DNA of 64,000 nt, taken from the NCBI GenBank assembly GCA_045617905.1, contig JAZLJO010000020.1, positions 12,818 through 76,817 on the forward strand. Reading direction: 5' to 3'. Origin of the DNA: Candidatus Enterousia sp. GTDB taxonomy: Bacteria; Pseudomonadota; Alphaproteobacteria; Rs-D84. Under the pieces are notes generated by a model, which was not told where the DNA came from, ran no database searches, and saw only the letters and a program-made list of their open reading frames with translations. Position numbers and translations under genes: made by a program. Shown here one piece after another: positions 26,034 to 35,482 of the stretch (within the stretch, counting starts at the first letter, position 1; each line of letters opens with the position of its first letter).

Positions 26034-26909
26034 TTATATCTCCAATTTCTTTGCATTAATTTCTGGACAAATACGTCCAATCAAACCTGTCAAAACAGCC
26101 CCAGGACCAATCTCTGTCGCATCGGTAATACCCAAGGCCGGCATATTTAAAACACTTTCACGCCAACGAACACCATGTGTCATCTGATATACCAATTCAT
26201 CACGAATTTCATTTATATCTGTCATCGGTTGCGCCGTTTTATTTGCAATCAATGGAACAGACGGTGCAGAAATCTTAACCTTTTCTAACGCATCACGCAT
26301 TGCATCGGCCGCCGATGCCTGCATACGACAGTGTACAGGGACAGATAACGCCAACGGCATTGCACGTTTTGCACCACTTGATTTGGCCAAATCCATTGTT
26401 TTTTCAACCGTATCACGTGCCCCAGAAATCACAACCTGACCAGGACAATTATCATTTGCAACATCACAATCGGTTTGGGCACAAATTTCACGAACCTGTT
26501 CAATGGTCAATCCCAAAATAACGGCCGTCAACCCATGTCCAACAGGAACCGCCGTTTGCATTGCATCACCACGTGTGCGTAATAAACGTGCAGCATCTGC
26601 AACACTTAATGCACCGGCTGCACATAATGCGGTATATTCACCCAAACTGTGTCCTGCAACAAATTCCGGCAACGAAACACCCGCCGCCCGCAACATTGCA
26701 ATTGATACAGTCATAATTGCAGGTTGAACATTACGGGTTAATGTTAAATCATCCGCAGGTCCATTAAAAATAATATCTGATAATTTTTCCCCCAGCGCAT
26801 CATCAACTTCGTCAAACACAGCACGTGCGATGGCATTATTTTCATACAAATCCCGTGCCATTCCCACAGATTGGGAACCCTGGCCTGGGAAAACAAAAAC
26901 TGATGACAT
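26034..26909 (-). CDS. fabD: malonyl-CoA:ACP transacylase
   Basis: VFPGQGSQ, GHSLGEYTAL, and the VPVHCRMQ region. AAGGA SD. Confidence 0.9.
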   Translation of the reverse strand: MSSVFVFPGQGSQSVGMARDLYENNAIARAVFDEVDDALGEKLSDIIFNGPADDLTLTRNVQPAIMTVSIAMLRAAGVSLPEFVAGHSLGEYTALCAAGALSVADAARLLRTRGDAMQTAVPVGHGLTAVILGLTIEQVREICAQTDCDVANDNCPGQVVISGARDTVEKTMDLAKSSGAKRAMPLALSVPVHCRMQASAADAMRDALEKVKISAPSVPLIANKTAQPMTDINEIRDELVYQMTHGVRWRESVLNMPALGITDATEIGPGAVLTGLIGRICPEINAKKLEI

Positions 26910-26947
26910 TTATTTTCCTTATATTTTTCTAAAAAACAACATGACAA

Positions 26948-27475
26948 TTATACTTTACGAATACTGAATTCGCAACCGCAATAATTCTGACGATAAAAAT
27001 CAGATTCACGACCGATTTTTTGTCGTAAAATTTCATCCCATTTGATTGATTTATACATCGGTCCCATTACATCGGCCCCAGCGGAATCAACCTGTGATTG
27101 ACTTTTGTGACGTGATACCCCCAACACAGATGCCACCGCATCAAAACCATTTGATTTGGCCCACTTTTTTGCATATTCAAATCTGAATTCAAAACATTTG
27201 CTGCATCGTAAGCCACGTTCTGGTTCATTTTCCAGTCCCACAACCGCATTACGCCACGCGTCATGATCATATTCACCAATTACGTATTTCACACCCAATT
27301 GTTGGCAATATTTTATCTGTTCGGTCAAACGTTTTTCATATTCAGATATTGGATAAATATTGGGGTTAAAAAACATTACAATAAAATCATCAACCCCATC
27401 AATTGCCCCATCGGCCAATTGACGAATCGCACCGGCACTGCATGGGGCACAACAAGATACCAAAACCAGTTTCAT
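26948..27475 (-). CDS. queH: epoxyqueuosine reductase QueH (DUF208)
   Basis: N-terminal SCCAPCS and C-terminal YRQNYCGCEFS are the QueH Cys motifs. Confidence 0.8.
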   Translation of the reverse strand: MKLVLVSCCAPCSAGAIRQLADGAIDGVDDFIVMFFNPNIYPISEYEKRLTEQIKYCQQLGVKYVIGEYDHDAWRNAVVGLENEPERGLRCSKCFEFRFEYAKKWAKSNGFDAVASVLGVSRHKSQSQVDSAGADVMGPMYKSIKWDEILRQKIGRESDFYRQNYCGCEFSIRKV

Positions 27476-27792
27476 TTATTTTTTAATTTATAATATTTTC
27501 TGATTTCAAAACACGCATTTTTACGTATGCAACGAAAAATTCCTATCTGCTGTGTTCTTAAACTGTCTTCTGTCAACGCGGGAATATCTATAATTACTTT
27601 TCTATTTTTATAGTCTTCGATTGTATTTGAATTTGTGACATTACGTACCCCTTGCAAAATATTACATTTCAACACATCTTCACAATTGCCCATTTTTATA
27701 CAATATTGACACCGAAAACTTATATGACAAGCACATTTTCCGTTTTCATTATGCATATTTATTTTAAACCCATCTACATTTTTTGAATCCAT
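27472..27792 (-). CDS. Cys-rich hypothetical protein
   Basis: 106 aa with 9 Cys (CACHISFRCQYCIKMGNCEDVLKC...). Start and stop overlap or abut metG and queH. No family recognised. Confidence 0.45.
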   Translation of the reverse strand: MDSKNVDGFKINMHNENGKCACHISFRCQYCIKMGNCEDVLKCNILQGVRNVTNSNTIEDYKNRKVIIDIPALTEDSLRTQQIGIFRCIRKNACFEIRKYYKLKNK

Positions 27793-27793
27793 T

Positions 27794-29797
27794 TTATTTA
27801 ACCTTTGTTTTATATTCTGTTCCTGGGGCTGTATCTGATTCTAATTCAATAATTATTTTGCCGTCATCACCCTGCCCCAATTCTGCGGCACTGCACATCA
27901 TACCAAACGATTCTGTACCCGCAACTGTTTTTTGACAAATCGGCTTTTTAATTGTGGGAACACATGCCCCAATTGGAGCCAAAACACCAATCATTCCAAC
28001 ACGAACATTTGGGGCACCACATACAATCTGTAAATTTTCACCTGTTCCGCAATCAACCGTTAATATGTGCAAATCTGCACGTGTGTTATGTTCTTTGACT
28101 TCTATGATCTTTGCCGCAACCAATTGTGGAATTTCTTTGCGTTTTGCATATTTGGCACTTAATTCTTTGACCCGATCATCATCAATACGGTTAAATAAAT
28201 TTTCAGGAACAACAAATTCAGCCCCATCAACAATACGATGCTCGTAATTGGCCGGCCATGATAAATCGAACGTATTTATAAATACTTTTTGCATTTTTTC
28301 TGCGGCATCTGGTATAAATGGTGCCGATACACGGGCAAACAAATCAATCATTTGAAAACATTCGTTCAAAACCGCACCAGCCAAAACCATATTACCATTT
28401 TTAACCAATGTCCACGGTTCCATTTTTGTCATATATTCATTTGCAATGGCAAACAATGAACGTAATGCCACAATGGACGCCCGAAATTCACATGCATCCA
28501 ATGCATTGGTTAATTCTGTAATTTTTGTATTTATTTGTGTTTCTAATTCTAAATCACGCGCACCCGCCGCAGGAACATTATTACCAAAATTTTTCGCCGT
28601 TAATTTACAAACCCGCGAAACAAAATTTCCCAACATTCCGTTCAAATCTTTGTTCACAATATCGGCAAAACGCGCAATTGTAAAATCACTGTCATCGGTT
28701 TCTGGGGCCGATGCAATTAATGCATAGCGCCACAAATCAGACGGAGCATCGGCAATGGCACTGTCTAAGAAAACACCATTACCCGTTGATTTTGATATTT
28801 TGTCCCCTTCGAAATTCAAAAAGTTCATAGATTTCAACATATCAACAGTTTTCCAATTGTCATTCATTGCCAATTGTTGTTGTGGAAAAAATACAGAATG
28901 GAATTTTACGTTATCTTTGCCCATAAATTGTGCGTAATAACAATCCGGATTTTTCCACCAATCAGCCCAATTTTTATTTGCAGCCTGTGAAATGGATACA
29001 TATCCCCACGGGGCATCAAACCAAACATAAAAAACCTTTGATTCATAACCCGGTTTATTAACAGGTACCCCCCACGGCAAATCACGTGTAATAGATGTAT
29101 CACGCAATGTATCATTTGCCCAGCCACGTGCAATTGCAGATGCCGTCTTTGACCATTTTGGGGCATGCACCTTTAACCATTGAGACCATTGATTTTGCAA
29201 TTTTGACGCACAAAAAAACAAATTTTTTGTTGGGCGCATTTCTATGTTTGTACTGCCTGATAATTCACTGCGTGGATTTTTTAATTCATTTGCCTCGTAC
29301 GTGGCACTGCATTTATCACATTGATCACCACGTGCATTTTCATACCCACATTTTGGACATGTCCCACGTAATTGCCGATCAGCCAAAAACATATTGTCAT
29401 CAACAGAAAATGGTTGCATTGTTTCGTGTTCCGCAATCAATCCCTGATTTTCCAAACGTAAAAACAATTCATGAATTAATTTTGTCTGCAAATCTGTATG
29501 TGTACGCCCATATAAATCAAATGACAGATTAAAATCATGCACCGCACGTAAATGTTTTTCGTAAAAACCGTTATTGTATTCAATAATTGATAAACCGGCC
29601 TTGGCCGCACCAACAACCGCCGGCGTTCCATGTTCATCGGCACCACAAACATATAAAACATCACGACCCATGGCACGACAAAAACGGGCATAAATATCAG
29701 ACGGCAACCAACATCCCACCAAATGTCCAATATGTAATTCACCATTAACATACGGCAACGCAGATGTTATTAAATATTTTTGTTTTTTATCTGTCAT
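27794..29797 (-). CDS. metG: methionyl-tRNA synthetase with C-terminal tRNA-binding (Trbp111/EMAPII-like) domain
   Basis: Start at ATG 29797 (GGGGGA SD). ALPYVNGELHIGH, Zn knuckles CPKCGYENARGDQCDKC, KISKSTGN, and C-terminal VCGAPNVRVGM. Confidence 0.95.
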   Translation of the reverse strand: MTDKKQKYLITSALPYVNGELHIGHLVGCWLPSDIYARFCRAMGRDVLYVCGADEHGTPAVVGAAKAGLSIIEYNNGFYEKHLRAVHDFNLSFDLYGRTHTDLQTKLIHELFLRLENQGLIAEHETMQPFSVDDNMFLADRQLRGTCPKCGYENARGDQCDKCSATYEANELKNPRSELSGSTNIEMRPTKNLFFCASKLQNQWSQWLKVHAPKWSKTASAIARGWANDTLRDTSITRDLPWGVPVNKPGYESKVFYVWFDAPWGYVSISQAANKNWADWWKNPDCYYAQFMGKDNVKFHSVFFPQQQLAMNDNWKTVDMLKSMNFLNFEGDKISKSTGNGVFLDSAIADAPSDLWRYALIASAPETDDSDFTIARFADIVNKDLNGMLGNFVSRVCKLTAKNFGNNVPAAGARDLELETQINTKITELTNALDACEFRASIVALRSLFAIANEYMTKMEPWTLVKNGNMVLAGAVLNECFQMIDLFARVSAPFIPDAAEKMQKVFINTFDLSWPANYEHRIVDGAEFVVPENLFNRIDDDRVKELSAKYAKRKEIPQLVAAKIIEVKEHNTRADLHILTVDCGTGENLQIVCGAPNVRVGMIGVLAPIGACVPTIKKPICQKTVAGTESFGMMCSAAELGQGDDGKIIIELESDTAPGTEYKTKVK

Positions 29798-29822
29798 TTT
29801 ATATCCCCCGATTAAATAAATA

Positions 29823-29841
29823 GGGTGCCCAACGGGCACCC
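29823..29841 (-). terminator. GC-rich hairpin between tRNA-Val and metG
   Basis: Minus sense GGGTGCCC-GTT-GGGCACCC followed by TATTTATTT. Confidence 0.5.
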
Positions 29842-29909
29842 CAGGAATCCCGTCATATTTTTTTAAAAAAATTATTTTTGCATTCGCATTATTTCAATTT
29901 TCTTTAATC

Positions 29910-29986
29910 TGGTGGGTGGTATTGGACTCGAACCAACGACCTTTACGATGTCAACGTAACGCTCTAACCAACTGAGCTAACCACCC
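29910..29986 (-). tRNA. tRNA-Val (GAC)
   Basis: Reverse complement GGGTGGTTAGCTCAGTTGGTTAGAGCGTTACGTTGACATCGTAAAGGTCGTTGGTTCGAGTCCAATACCACCCACCA. Anticodon loop TTGACAT. Confidence 0.9.
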
Positions 29987-30019
29987 AAAACCCACACTTC
30001 CGGGGATGCTATGTCCGTA

Positions 30020-30076
30020 AAACCAACGACCTTTACGATATCAACGTACGCGGCTTCCCAACTTTGCCAACCACCA
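30020..30076 (-). pseudogene. decayed partial copy of tRNA-Val (5-prime two-thirds)
   Basis: AACCAACGACCTTTACGATATCAACGTA matches 29932-29959 in 27 of 28 positions, after which similarity decays. No intact T-arm or acceptor stem. Confidence 0.7.
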
Positions 30077-30125
30077 AAAACAAATGGATTATATCAAAGA
30101 AAATACCGATTGCAATATTAATATT

Positions 30126-30157
30126 AAAAAATCCGTATTTTGATACGGATTTTTTTG
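30126..30157. terminator. orphan bidirectional terminator-like hairpin in non-coding DNA
   Basis: AAAAAA-ATCCGTAT-TTTG-ATACGGAT-TTTTTTT. Confidence 0.5.
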
Positions 30158-30378
30158 CACAATATTAACATTTGTTATCAAATATTACGTGGCTTATCAT
30201 TTCTATTTATTATTGTATTTTGTTTCTTTTCTGAATTTTAACATTTTTAATACCGTTGTTAAAACTGAATATTTTATCCGTTTTTTATTCAACCAAACGT
30301 TTTACTGTTTCTATATCACATACCCTTCCACCATATTTTATGTTTATGGCATAAGATAAATTTACTTAAATAAATAAA

Positions 30379-30394
30379 ACCGGCAGTTGCCGGT
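30379..30394 (-). terminator. terminator after parB
   Basis: ACCGGCA-GT-TGCCGGT with a T-rich tail on the minus strand. Confidence 0.6.
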
Positions 30395-30399
30395 TTTAT

Positions 30400-31278
30400 T
30401 TATTTCGTCAATTTATCAATCAATTCATGCATCTGGGTTCGTGATACAAACGATAAAATTATTTGTCCAGCCCCACCACGACGTTCCCGCAATTCAACAG
30501 AAACACCCAAAGCATTGCTGATTTTTGTTTCAATTTCTTGGACTGCATCTGATTTTATTGATTGATTGACATATGCACGGGTTCCCTTTTTACGTTCACC
30601 CTGTTTTACCAATTTTTGCGTATCCGATACGGATAATTTATTTAAAACAATTTGTTTAGCCAATTCAGCCGAATTTTCCGCCACCGCAATTGTACGTGCA
30701 TGTGATGCAGACAATTCACCGCTTTTAACCATTTCTAAAACTTCATTTGGCAATTCAGATATACGCAACGCATTACGAATATAACTGACGGATTTACCAA
30801 TTAAACGTGATACATCATCCAATTCATATCCACATTTATCCATTAAATTTTTATACGCAGCCGCCTCTTCAATTGGATTTAAATTTTCACGTTGAACATT
30901 TTCAATCAATGCAATTTCCATCGCATTTTCATTACTTAACGTTTTTACCAATGCTGGGATTTCCGCCAAGCCAGCCAATTTACTGGCCCGAAAGCGCCGT
31001 TCACCAGCAACAATTTCATACAAATAAGGTCTATTTTGAACACTGCGTAACAAAATTGGTTGCAAAACACCCTTTTCTTTGATTGATGCAGACAAATCCT
31101 GTAATTCTTCATCAGAAAACGTTTTACGTGGTTGGTCGGGATTTGCACCAATTTGTACCAAAGGTATCTGTTTTACAACAACACGTTCTGCACCGGATAA
31201 AACCGATATATTTGTTGCAACACCCATTTCTTGTTTTATTTCCGCCAATCCGCGTCCCAACCCAAATTTAGACGACAT
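30400..31278 (-). CDS. parB: chromosome partitioning protein ParB
   Basis: PDQPRKTF, GVLQPILLR, IVAGERRFRASKLAGL, and an HTH region. Confidence 0.9.
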   Translation of the reverse strand: MSSKFGLGRGLAEIKQEMGVATNISVLSGAERVVVKQIPLVQIGANPDQPRKTFSDEELQDLSASIKEKGVLQPILLRSVQNRPYLYEIVAGERRFRASKLAGLAEIPALVKTLSNENAMEIALIENVQRENLNPIEEAAAYKNLMDKCGYELDDVSRLIGKSVSYIRNALRISELPNEVLEMVKSGELSASHARTIAVAENSAELAKQIVLNKLSVSDTQKLVKQGERKKGTRAYVNQSIKSDAVQEIETKISNALGVSVELRERRGGAGQIILSFVSRTQMHELIDKLTK

Positions 31279-31279
31279 T

Positions 31280-32050
31280 TTACTCTCCTTCTGTTTTTTG
31301 AACTATTTCTGTTGCAACACGCAAATACGCCTGCGCACCAGGTGATTGAAAATCATACAACAACGCAGGTTTGCCATGACTCGGTGCCTCTGATATACGA
31401 ATATTACGTGGAACAACCGTTTTAAACACTTTATCACCAAACATTTCACGTAATTCATCTTCAACCGCGCGGGTAATTCCATAACGTTTATCATACATCG
31501 TCAACAAAATCCCCAATATTTCTAATTTTGGATTATATTTTGTCTTAACTTCTTGAATCGAAGTTTCCAATTGTGATAAACCCTCCAACGAATAAAATTC
31601 ACATTGTGATGGAATAACAACACTATCTGCCGTTGTTAAAGCATTCAAAGTTAAAAATCCCAATGCCGGCGGACAATCCAACAATATATAATCATAAAAT
31701 TCTGCAACAGAAGCCAAAGCATCACGCAAACGAAATGCATTATTTGTAACATCCAACAATTCAATTTCCGCATTTCCCAACGCCATTGACGCAGGCATCA
31801 TATGCAACCCCTGAACCGCAGTTGACAATATATTATCCCCAGCAGTTGCAGTCCCCATAATAACACCATAAACACTTTGCGGATGCGATGCACGATTAAA
31901 CCCCAATCCAGTTCCAGCATTTCCCTGCGGATCCAAATCAACCAACAAAACACGTTTTTTTATTGCCGCCAATGACGTTGCAATATTTATCGCGGTTGTA
32001 GTTTTTCCAACACCACCCTTTTGATTTGCAAATGCAATTATTTTTACCAT
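31280..32050 (-). CDS. parA: chromosome partitioning ATPase ParA (Soj)
   Basis: Deviant Walker A NQKGGVGKTTTAINIA, followed by DLDPQGN. Confidence 0.9.
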   Translation of the reverse strand: MVKIIAFANQKGGVGKTTTAINIATSLAAIKKRVLLVDLDPQGNAGTGLGFNRASHPQSVYGVIMGTATAGDNILSTAVQGLHMMPASMALGNAEIELLDVTNNAFRLRDALASVAEFYDYILLDCPPALGFLTLNALTTADSVVIPSQCEFYSLEGLSQLETSIQEVKTKYNPKLEILGILLTMYDKRYGITRAVEDELREMFGDKVFKTVVPRNIRISEAPSHGKPALLYDFQSPGAQAYLRVATEIVQKTEGE

Positions 32051-32161
32051 TTCACCCTTCCCTTTTTATTTTAACACCAATAAGATATAAAACAAAAACA
32101 GAATAGTCAAGCAACCTATTAAGAAAAATATTTTTTAACTAAAAACAATAAATTACACACC

Positions 32162-32175
32162 ATTTCATATGAAAT
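32162..32175. promoter_or_regulatory. parS-like 14-bp palindrome, copy 1
   Basis: ATTTCATATGAAAT, compared with canonical parS tGTTTCACGTGAAACa (core TTTCA..TGAAA retained). Confidence 0.45.
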
Positions 32176-32250
32176 TAACTCTTAACAAGTCATTTTTATA
32201 ACATTATTATAAAAAACATAAAACCAGCTAAAAACAACCGGTTTTTATCG

Positions 32251-32264
32251 ATTTCATATGAAAT
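32251..32264. promoter_or_regulatory. parS-like 14-bp palindrome, copy 2
   Basis: An identical ATTTCATATGAAAT 89 bp from copy 1, abutting the rsmG stop. Confidence 0.45.
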
Positions 32265-32824
32265 TATTTTATATCGGAGATTATCGTAATAAAACCATCG
32301 CCTGTTTTTGACGGAATTAATTCATACTTAAATTTATATTTATGTTTGGCTTCATTTATCTCTGCCATAACTTCCCGGCCTTTTAATAAAAACAACCGGT
32401 ATTTTGTTTTACCAACATAGTCTAAAATTTTTATTAACGATGCAAATGCACGGGCGGTAAAAACCGGCTGTTTTTCATTATATGGCATATTCTTAACAAA
32501 GTCTTCTAAACGACCATGATAAATTTGCAAATTCGGCAAATTCAATTGTTTTTTTAATTCTGTTAAAAAAGCAACCTTTTTACCAATCGATTCAACACAT
32601 GTTACATTCCACCCCAAAATCGCCAAAACAACACCAGGAAAACCTGCACCGCTGCCTAAATCAATAACATCAACATCATATGGCAAAACATCTGCTAATT
32701 GTGCAGAATCTGCAAAATGTCGTCCCGCCACATCATTCAATGTACTGGGGGCGACCAAATTCATCCGTTTTGACCACTGTTGCAACAACGATTCGTATTG
32801 TTCAAATTTGACTTTATTGTTCAT
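32264..32824 (-). CDS. rsmG: 16S rRNA m7G527 methyltransferase RsmG (GidB)
   Basis: DLGSGAGFPGVVLAI SAM motif, 186 aa, directly upstream of parAB. Confidence 0.85.
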   Translation of the reverse strand: MNNKVKFEQYESLLQQWSKRMNLVAPSTLNDVAGRHFADSAQLADVLPYDVDVIDLGSGAGFPGVVLAILGWNVTCVESIGKKVAFLTELKKQLNLPNLQIYHGRLEDFVKNMPYNEKQPVFTARAFASLIKILDYVGKTKYRLFLLKGREVMAEINEAKHKYKFKYELIPSKTGDGFITIISDIK

Positions 32825-32845
32825 AAGCGGTATTCTATCATAATC

Positions 32846-34453
32846 ATGATAAAAAAAGAAAATTTATTTATTGGTGTATGTTTAGGGTTAATTTTGATTA
32901 GCCTGGGCACAAATATTTTACATAATGAAAATCGTATTAATGTTTTTCAACAACAACCAACAAAATACGGTTCGTTTTTGGCTGCCCAACATGCAATTAC
33001 CGTTAATGACTTTGGTGCAGCGGCACATTTTGCAAATGATTTATCAGATGTAAATTATCCAATGGTGCAAAACACCAAATATATTGCAGAATTTTTAAAT
33101 GGCAATATGTCACCTGATGTTGAGGTATTAAAAAATGAAAAGAATACCGCATCCCGAATGATATATGATGCATTTTTGGTTAATAATGATAATTGGACTG
33201 AATTATACACACGCCACAAATCAGATTTTTCTGCATTGGCTGCACCACTGCGAATATGGGCATCTGTTGCAACAGGACATACATCAGACGCATTAAGTTT
33301 TATTGAAAAATTACCAACGAACGATTCATGGAAGTCTTTTATTCGTGGTCAAATTTTCGCAGAAAACGGTGATTTAGAACGTGCCACAACAGAATTTGAT
33401 AATGTAACCACCGATTTTATGAACATAAATGATTACATATATATAATGTCATTTTATCGTGACAACGGTATGCTGGAACGCGCAGATGATTTACGTAACG
33501 ATTTTACATCCAGACCTGGTGGGGTATTTATGACGAATTTTGATAATATACCCAACTGGACCAATTACATCGGATATAAAAATGCATTGGCATTTGATAT
33601 GATACAAACAGTATCACACAGTCAAATAATGATGTATTCCGATTTAATGTTGTTAATGTTACGTTTTGCAGAAATAACCAGTCCATCATTTACATCTGAA
33701 AATGATACAATAAATTATTATCTGGGACAGTTTTTCTTTAATAACGGTGGAAATTATCAATCTTTTTTTAATACAATTGATTCGAACAGTCCATATTATT
33801 TATTTACGGTTATGCGGGTGGCAGAAAAAACCGATAATTTGGATACATTAAAATCAGTAGTACAACAAAATCCATTATTTGTTCCTGGAATTAATAAACT
33901 TATTGCAACCAATATAAAAAATGGAAAAAAGCACCAGGCGCTTCGTATAATAAATGCGGCACTGAATAACCAAAACATATCTGATACGATACGTGCATTT
34001 TTTATAAAAAATCGTGCAAATATACATTTCATGTTTGACGATCTTTCGGCCGCCCAATCAGATATCCAGACTGCATCAAAAATATTAGCCGCAGATTCTG
34101 AAATATTGTCATTACAGGCAAAAATATGGGCATTACAGGGACGAGAATTAGAAAATGCATACGATTATGCAATGAAACTGGTCCGACATTCACCAACCGA
34201 TATTAACGCATGGAATACATTGGGGTTGGTTATTGCCACACGCGAAGGTCCAAATGCGGCCCTGGAAATACTAGAACGTATCGGTCAAGCTTCAGTAGCC
34301 AATTCTGCTTTATTTGAATATTTGGGTGATTTATACACAAAAACAGGAAATATTCGAATGGCCCGCGAATCATACGCGCGTGCAATAGAATTATCTGATG
34401 ATGGATTAATTATTGTACAAAAAATAAATAAAAAATTACGGGATTTAAAATGA
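32846..34453 (+). CDS. membrane-anchored TPR-repeat protein
   Basis: Start at ATG 32846 (MIKKENLFIGVCLGLILISLG TM). C-terminal TPR units (AWNTLGLVIA..., LGDLYTKTGNIRMARESYARAIEL). Confidence 0.6.
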   Translation: MIKKENLFIGVCLGLILISLGTNILHNENRINVFQQQPTKYGSFLAAQHAITVNDFGAAAHFANDLSDVNYPMVQNTKYIAEFLNGNMSPDVEVLKNEKNTASRMIYDAFLVNNDNWTELYTRHKSDFSALAAPLRIWASVATGHTSDALSFIEKLPTNDSWKSFIRGQIFAENGDLERATTEFDNVTTDFMNINDYIYIMSFYRDNGMLERADDLRNDFTSRPGGVFMTNFDNIPNWTNYIGYKNALAFDMIQTVSHSQIMMYSDLMLLMLRFAEITSPSFTSENDTINYYLGQFFFNNGGNYQSFFNTIDSNSPYYLFTVMRVAEKTDNLDTLKSVVQQNPLFVPGINKLIATNIKNGKKHQALRIINAALNNQNISDTIRAFFIKNRANIHFMFDDLSAAQSDIQTASKILAADSEILSLQAKIWALQGRELENAYDYAMKLVRHSPTDINAWNTLGLVIATREGPNAALEILERIGQASVANSALFEYLGDLYTKTGNIRMARESYARAIELSDDGLIIVQKINKKLRDLK

Positions 34454-35325
34454 ATGTTGGAATTATCGGGGCCGGTGCATGGGGCAGTGCATTGGCAATA
34501 AACGCAACACGCAGCAATTGCGATGTTATATTATGGGCATATAACGGTGAATACCGGTTATTTGATGGTGTTGAAATACCAAAAAATATAAAAATTTGCC
34601 AAGATTTAGCAGATTTAAAAATATGTGACATATGGTTAATTGTAACCCCAGCCGCATTTTTTCGCGAAACAATTCGTAACGCATCCAAATTTTATAACAA
34701 ACAACCGGTTATTATCTGCACAAAGGGTGCCGAAATTCAACAAGACAATTTATACTTTATGTCTGAAATTTTGCGTCAAGAATTACCACAATGCCAAAAT
34801 TTTGGAACATTGGCCGGTCCACAATTCGCCCAAGAGGTTGCGATGGATGTGCCAACAGGATCAACATTAGCAACAAATAGTGATTTTGCACAAAAAATGG
34901 GCACAGATGCATTAAACCATATTTATTTAAGCCACAGTACTGATATAATTGGAACAGAAATATGCAGTGTTGGTAAAAATGCGGTTGCATTAATCTGTGG
35001 TTATATGAAAATTAGTTCACGTGGCGAAAACGAACGTGCATTAATATTTACACGTGCGTGGAACGAAGTTATTAAAATTGGTTTGGCCATGGGTGGACAA
35101 ATCCAATCATTTTTAGATTTTTGTGGTATAGGTGATTTATTTTTGACAGCAACATCTGAAACCAGTCGCAATTTTTCAGCCGGTCTATCTATCGCCAAAC
35201 ATGAATCTGTTACAGATTCAACAGTCGAAGGTATTTCTGCATTAAAAGCATTGGTTCATCGCGCACAACAATTGAGTATAGAAACCCCAGTATTATCAAA
35301 TATGAAAAAAATAATGAATATATAA
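34450..35325 (+). CDS. gpsA: NAD(P)H-dependent glycerol-3-phosphate dehydrogenase
   Basis: MNVGIIGAGAWGSALA, the GPQFAQEV region, and KNAVALICG. ATGA overlap with the upstream stop. Confidence 0.85.
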   Translation: MNVGIIGAGAWGSALAINATRSNCDVILWAYNGEYRLFDGVEIPKNIKICQDLADLKICDIWLIVTPAAFFRETIRNASKFYNKQPVIICTKGAEIQQDNLYFMSEILRQELPQCQNFGTLAGPQFAQEVAMDVPTGSTLATNSDFAQKMGTDALNHIYLSHSTDIIGTEICSVGKNAVALICGYMKISSRGENERALIFTRAWNEVIKIGLAMGGQIQSFLDFCGIGDLFLTATSETSRNFSAGLSIAKHESVTDSTVEGISALKALVHRAQQLSIETPVLSNMKKIMNI

Positions 35326-35482
35326 ATGATATAAAAACGTATTTTTACGTTAATAAAACGATGCATAAAAATACGTTTTTATATAAAATATATTCTAAAA
35401 AATCTAAGATTTCTAATATCTATAAAAAAACGACAAAAAACGCATACGCGGCAACAAGTTCCAGTATATATAATAGTTATTA

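Noticed and set aside
29823-29841. Shared GGGGTGCC(C)GTTGG motif between the metG-upstream hairpin and element B (rc of 22761-22773), considered as a third element copy.
   Set aside because: Only about 13 nt are shared. The arms and the central GGCATGCC motif are absent. A simple terminator hairpin after tRNA-Val explains it better.
32780-32845. N-terminal extension of the TPR protein (track start 32780).
   Set aside because: The extension overlaps the rsmG start on the opposite strand and encodes a non-signal, low-complexity peptide. The internal ATG 32846 gives a normal TM anchor.
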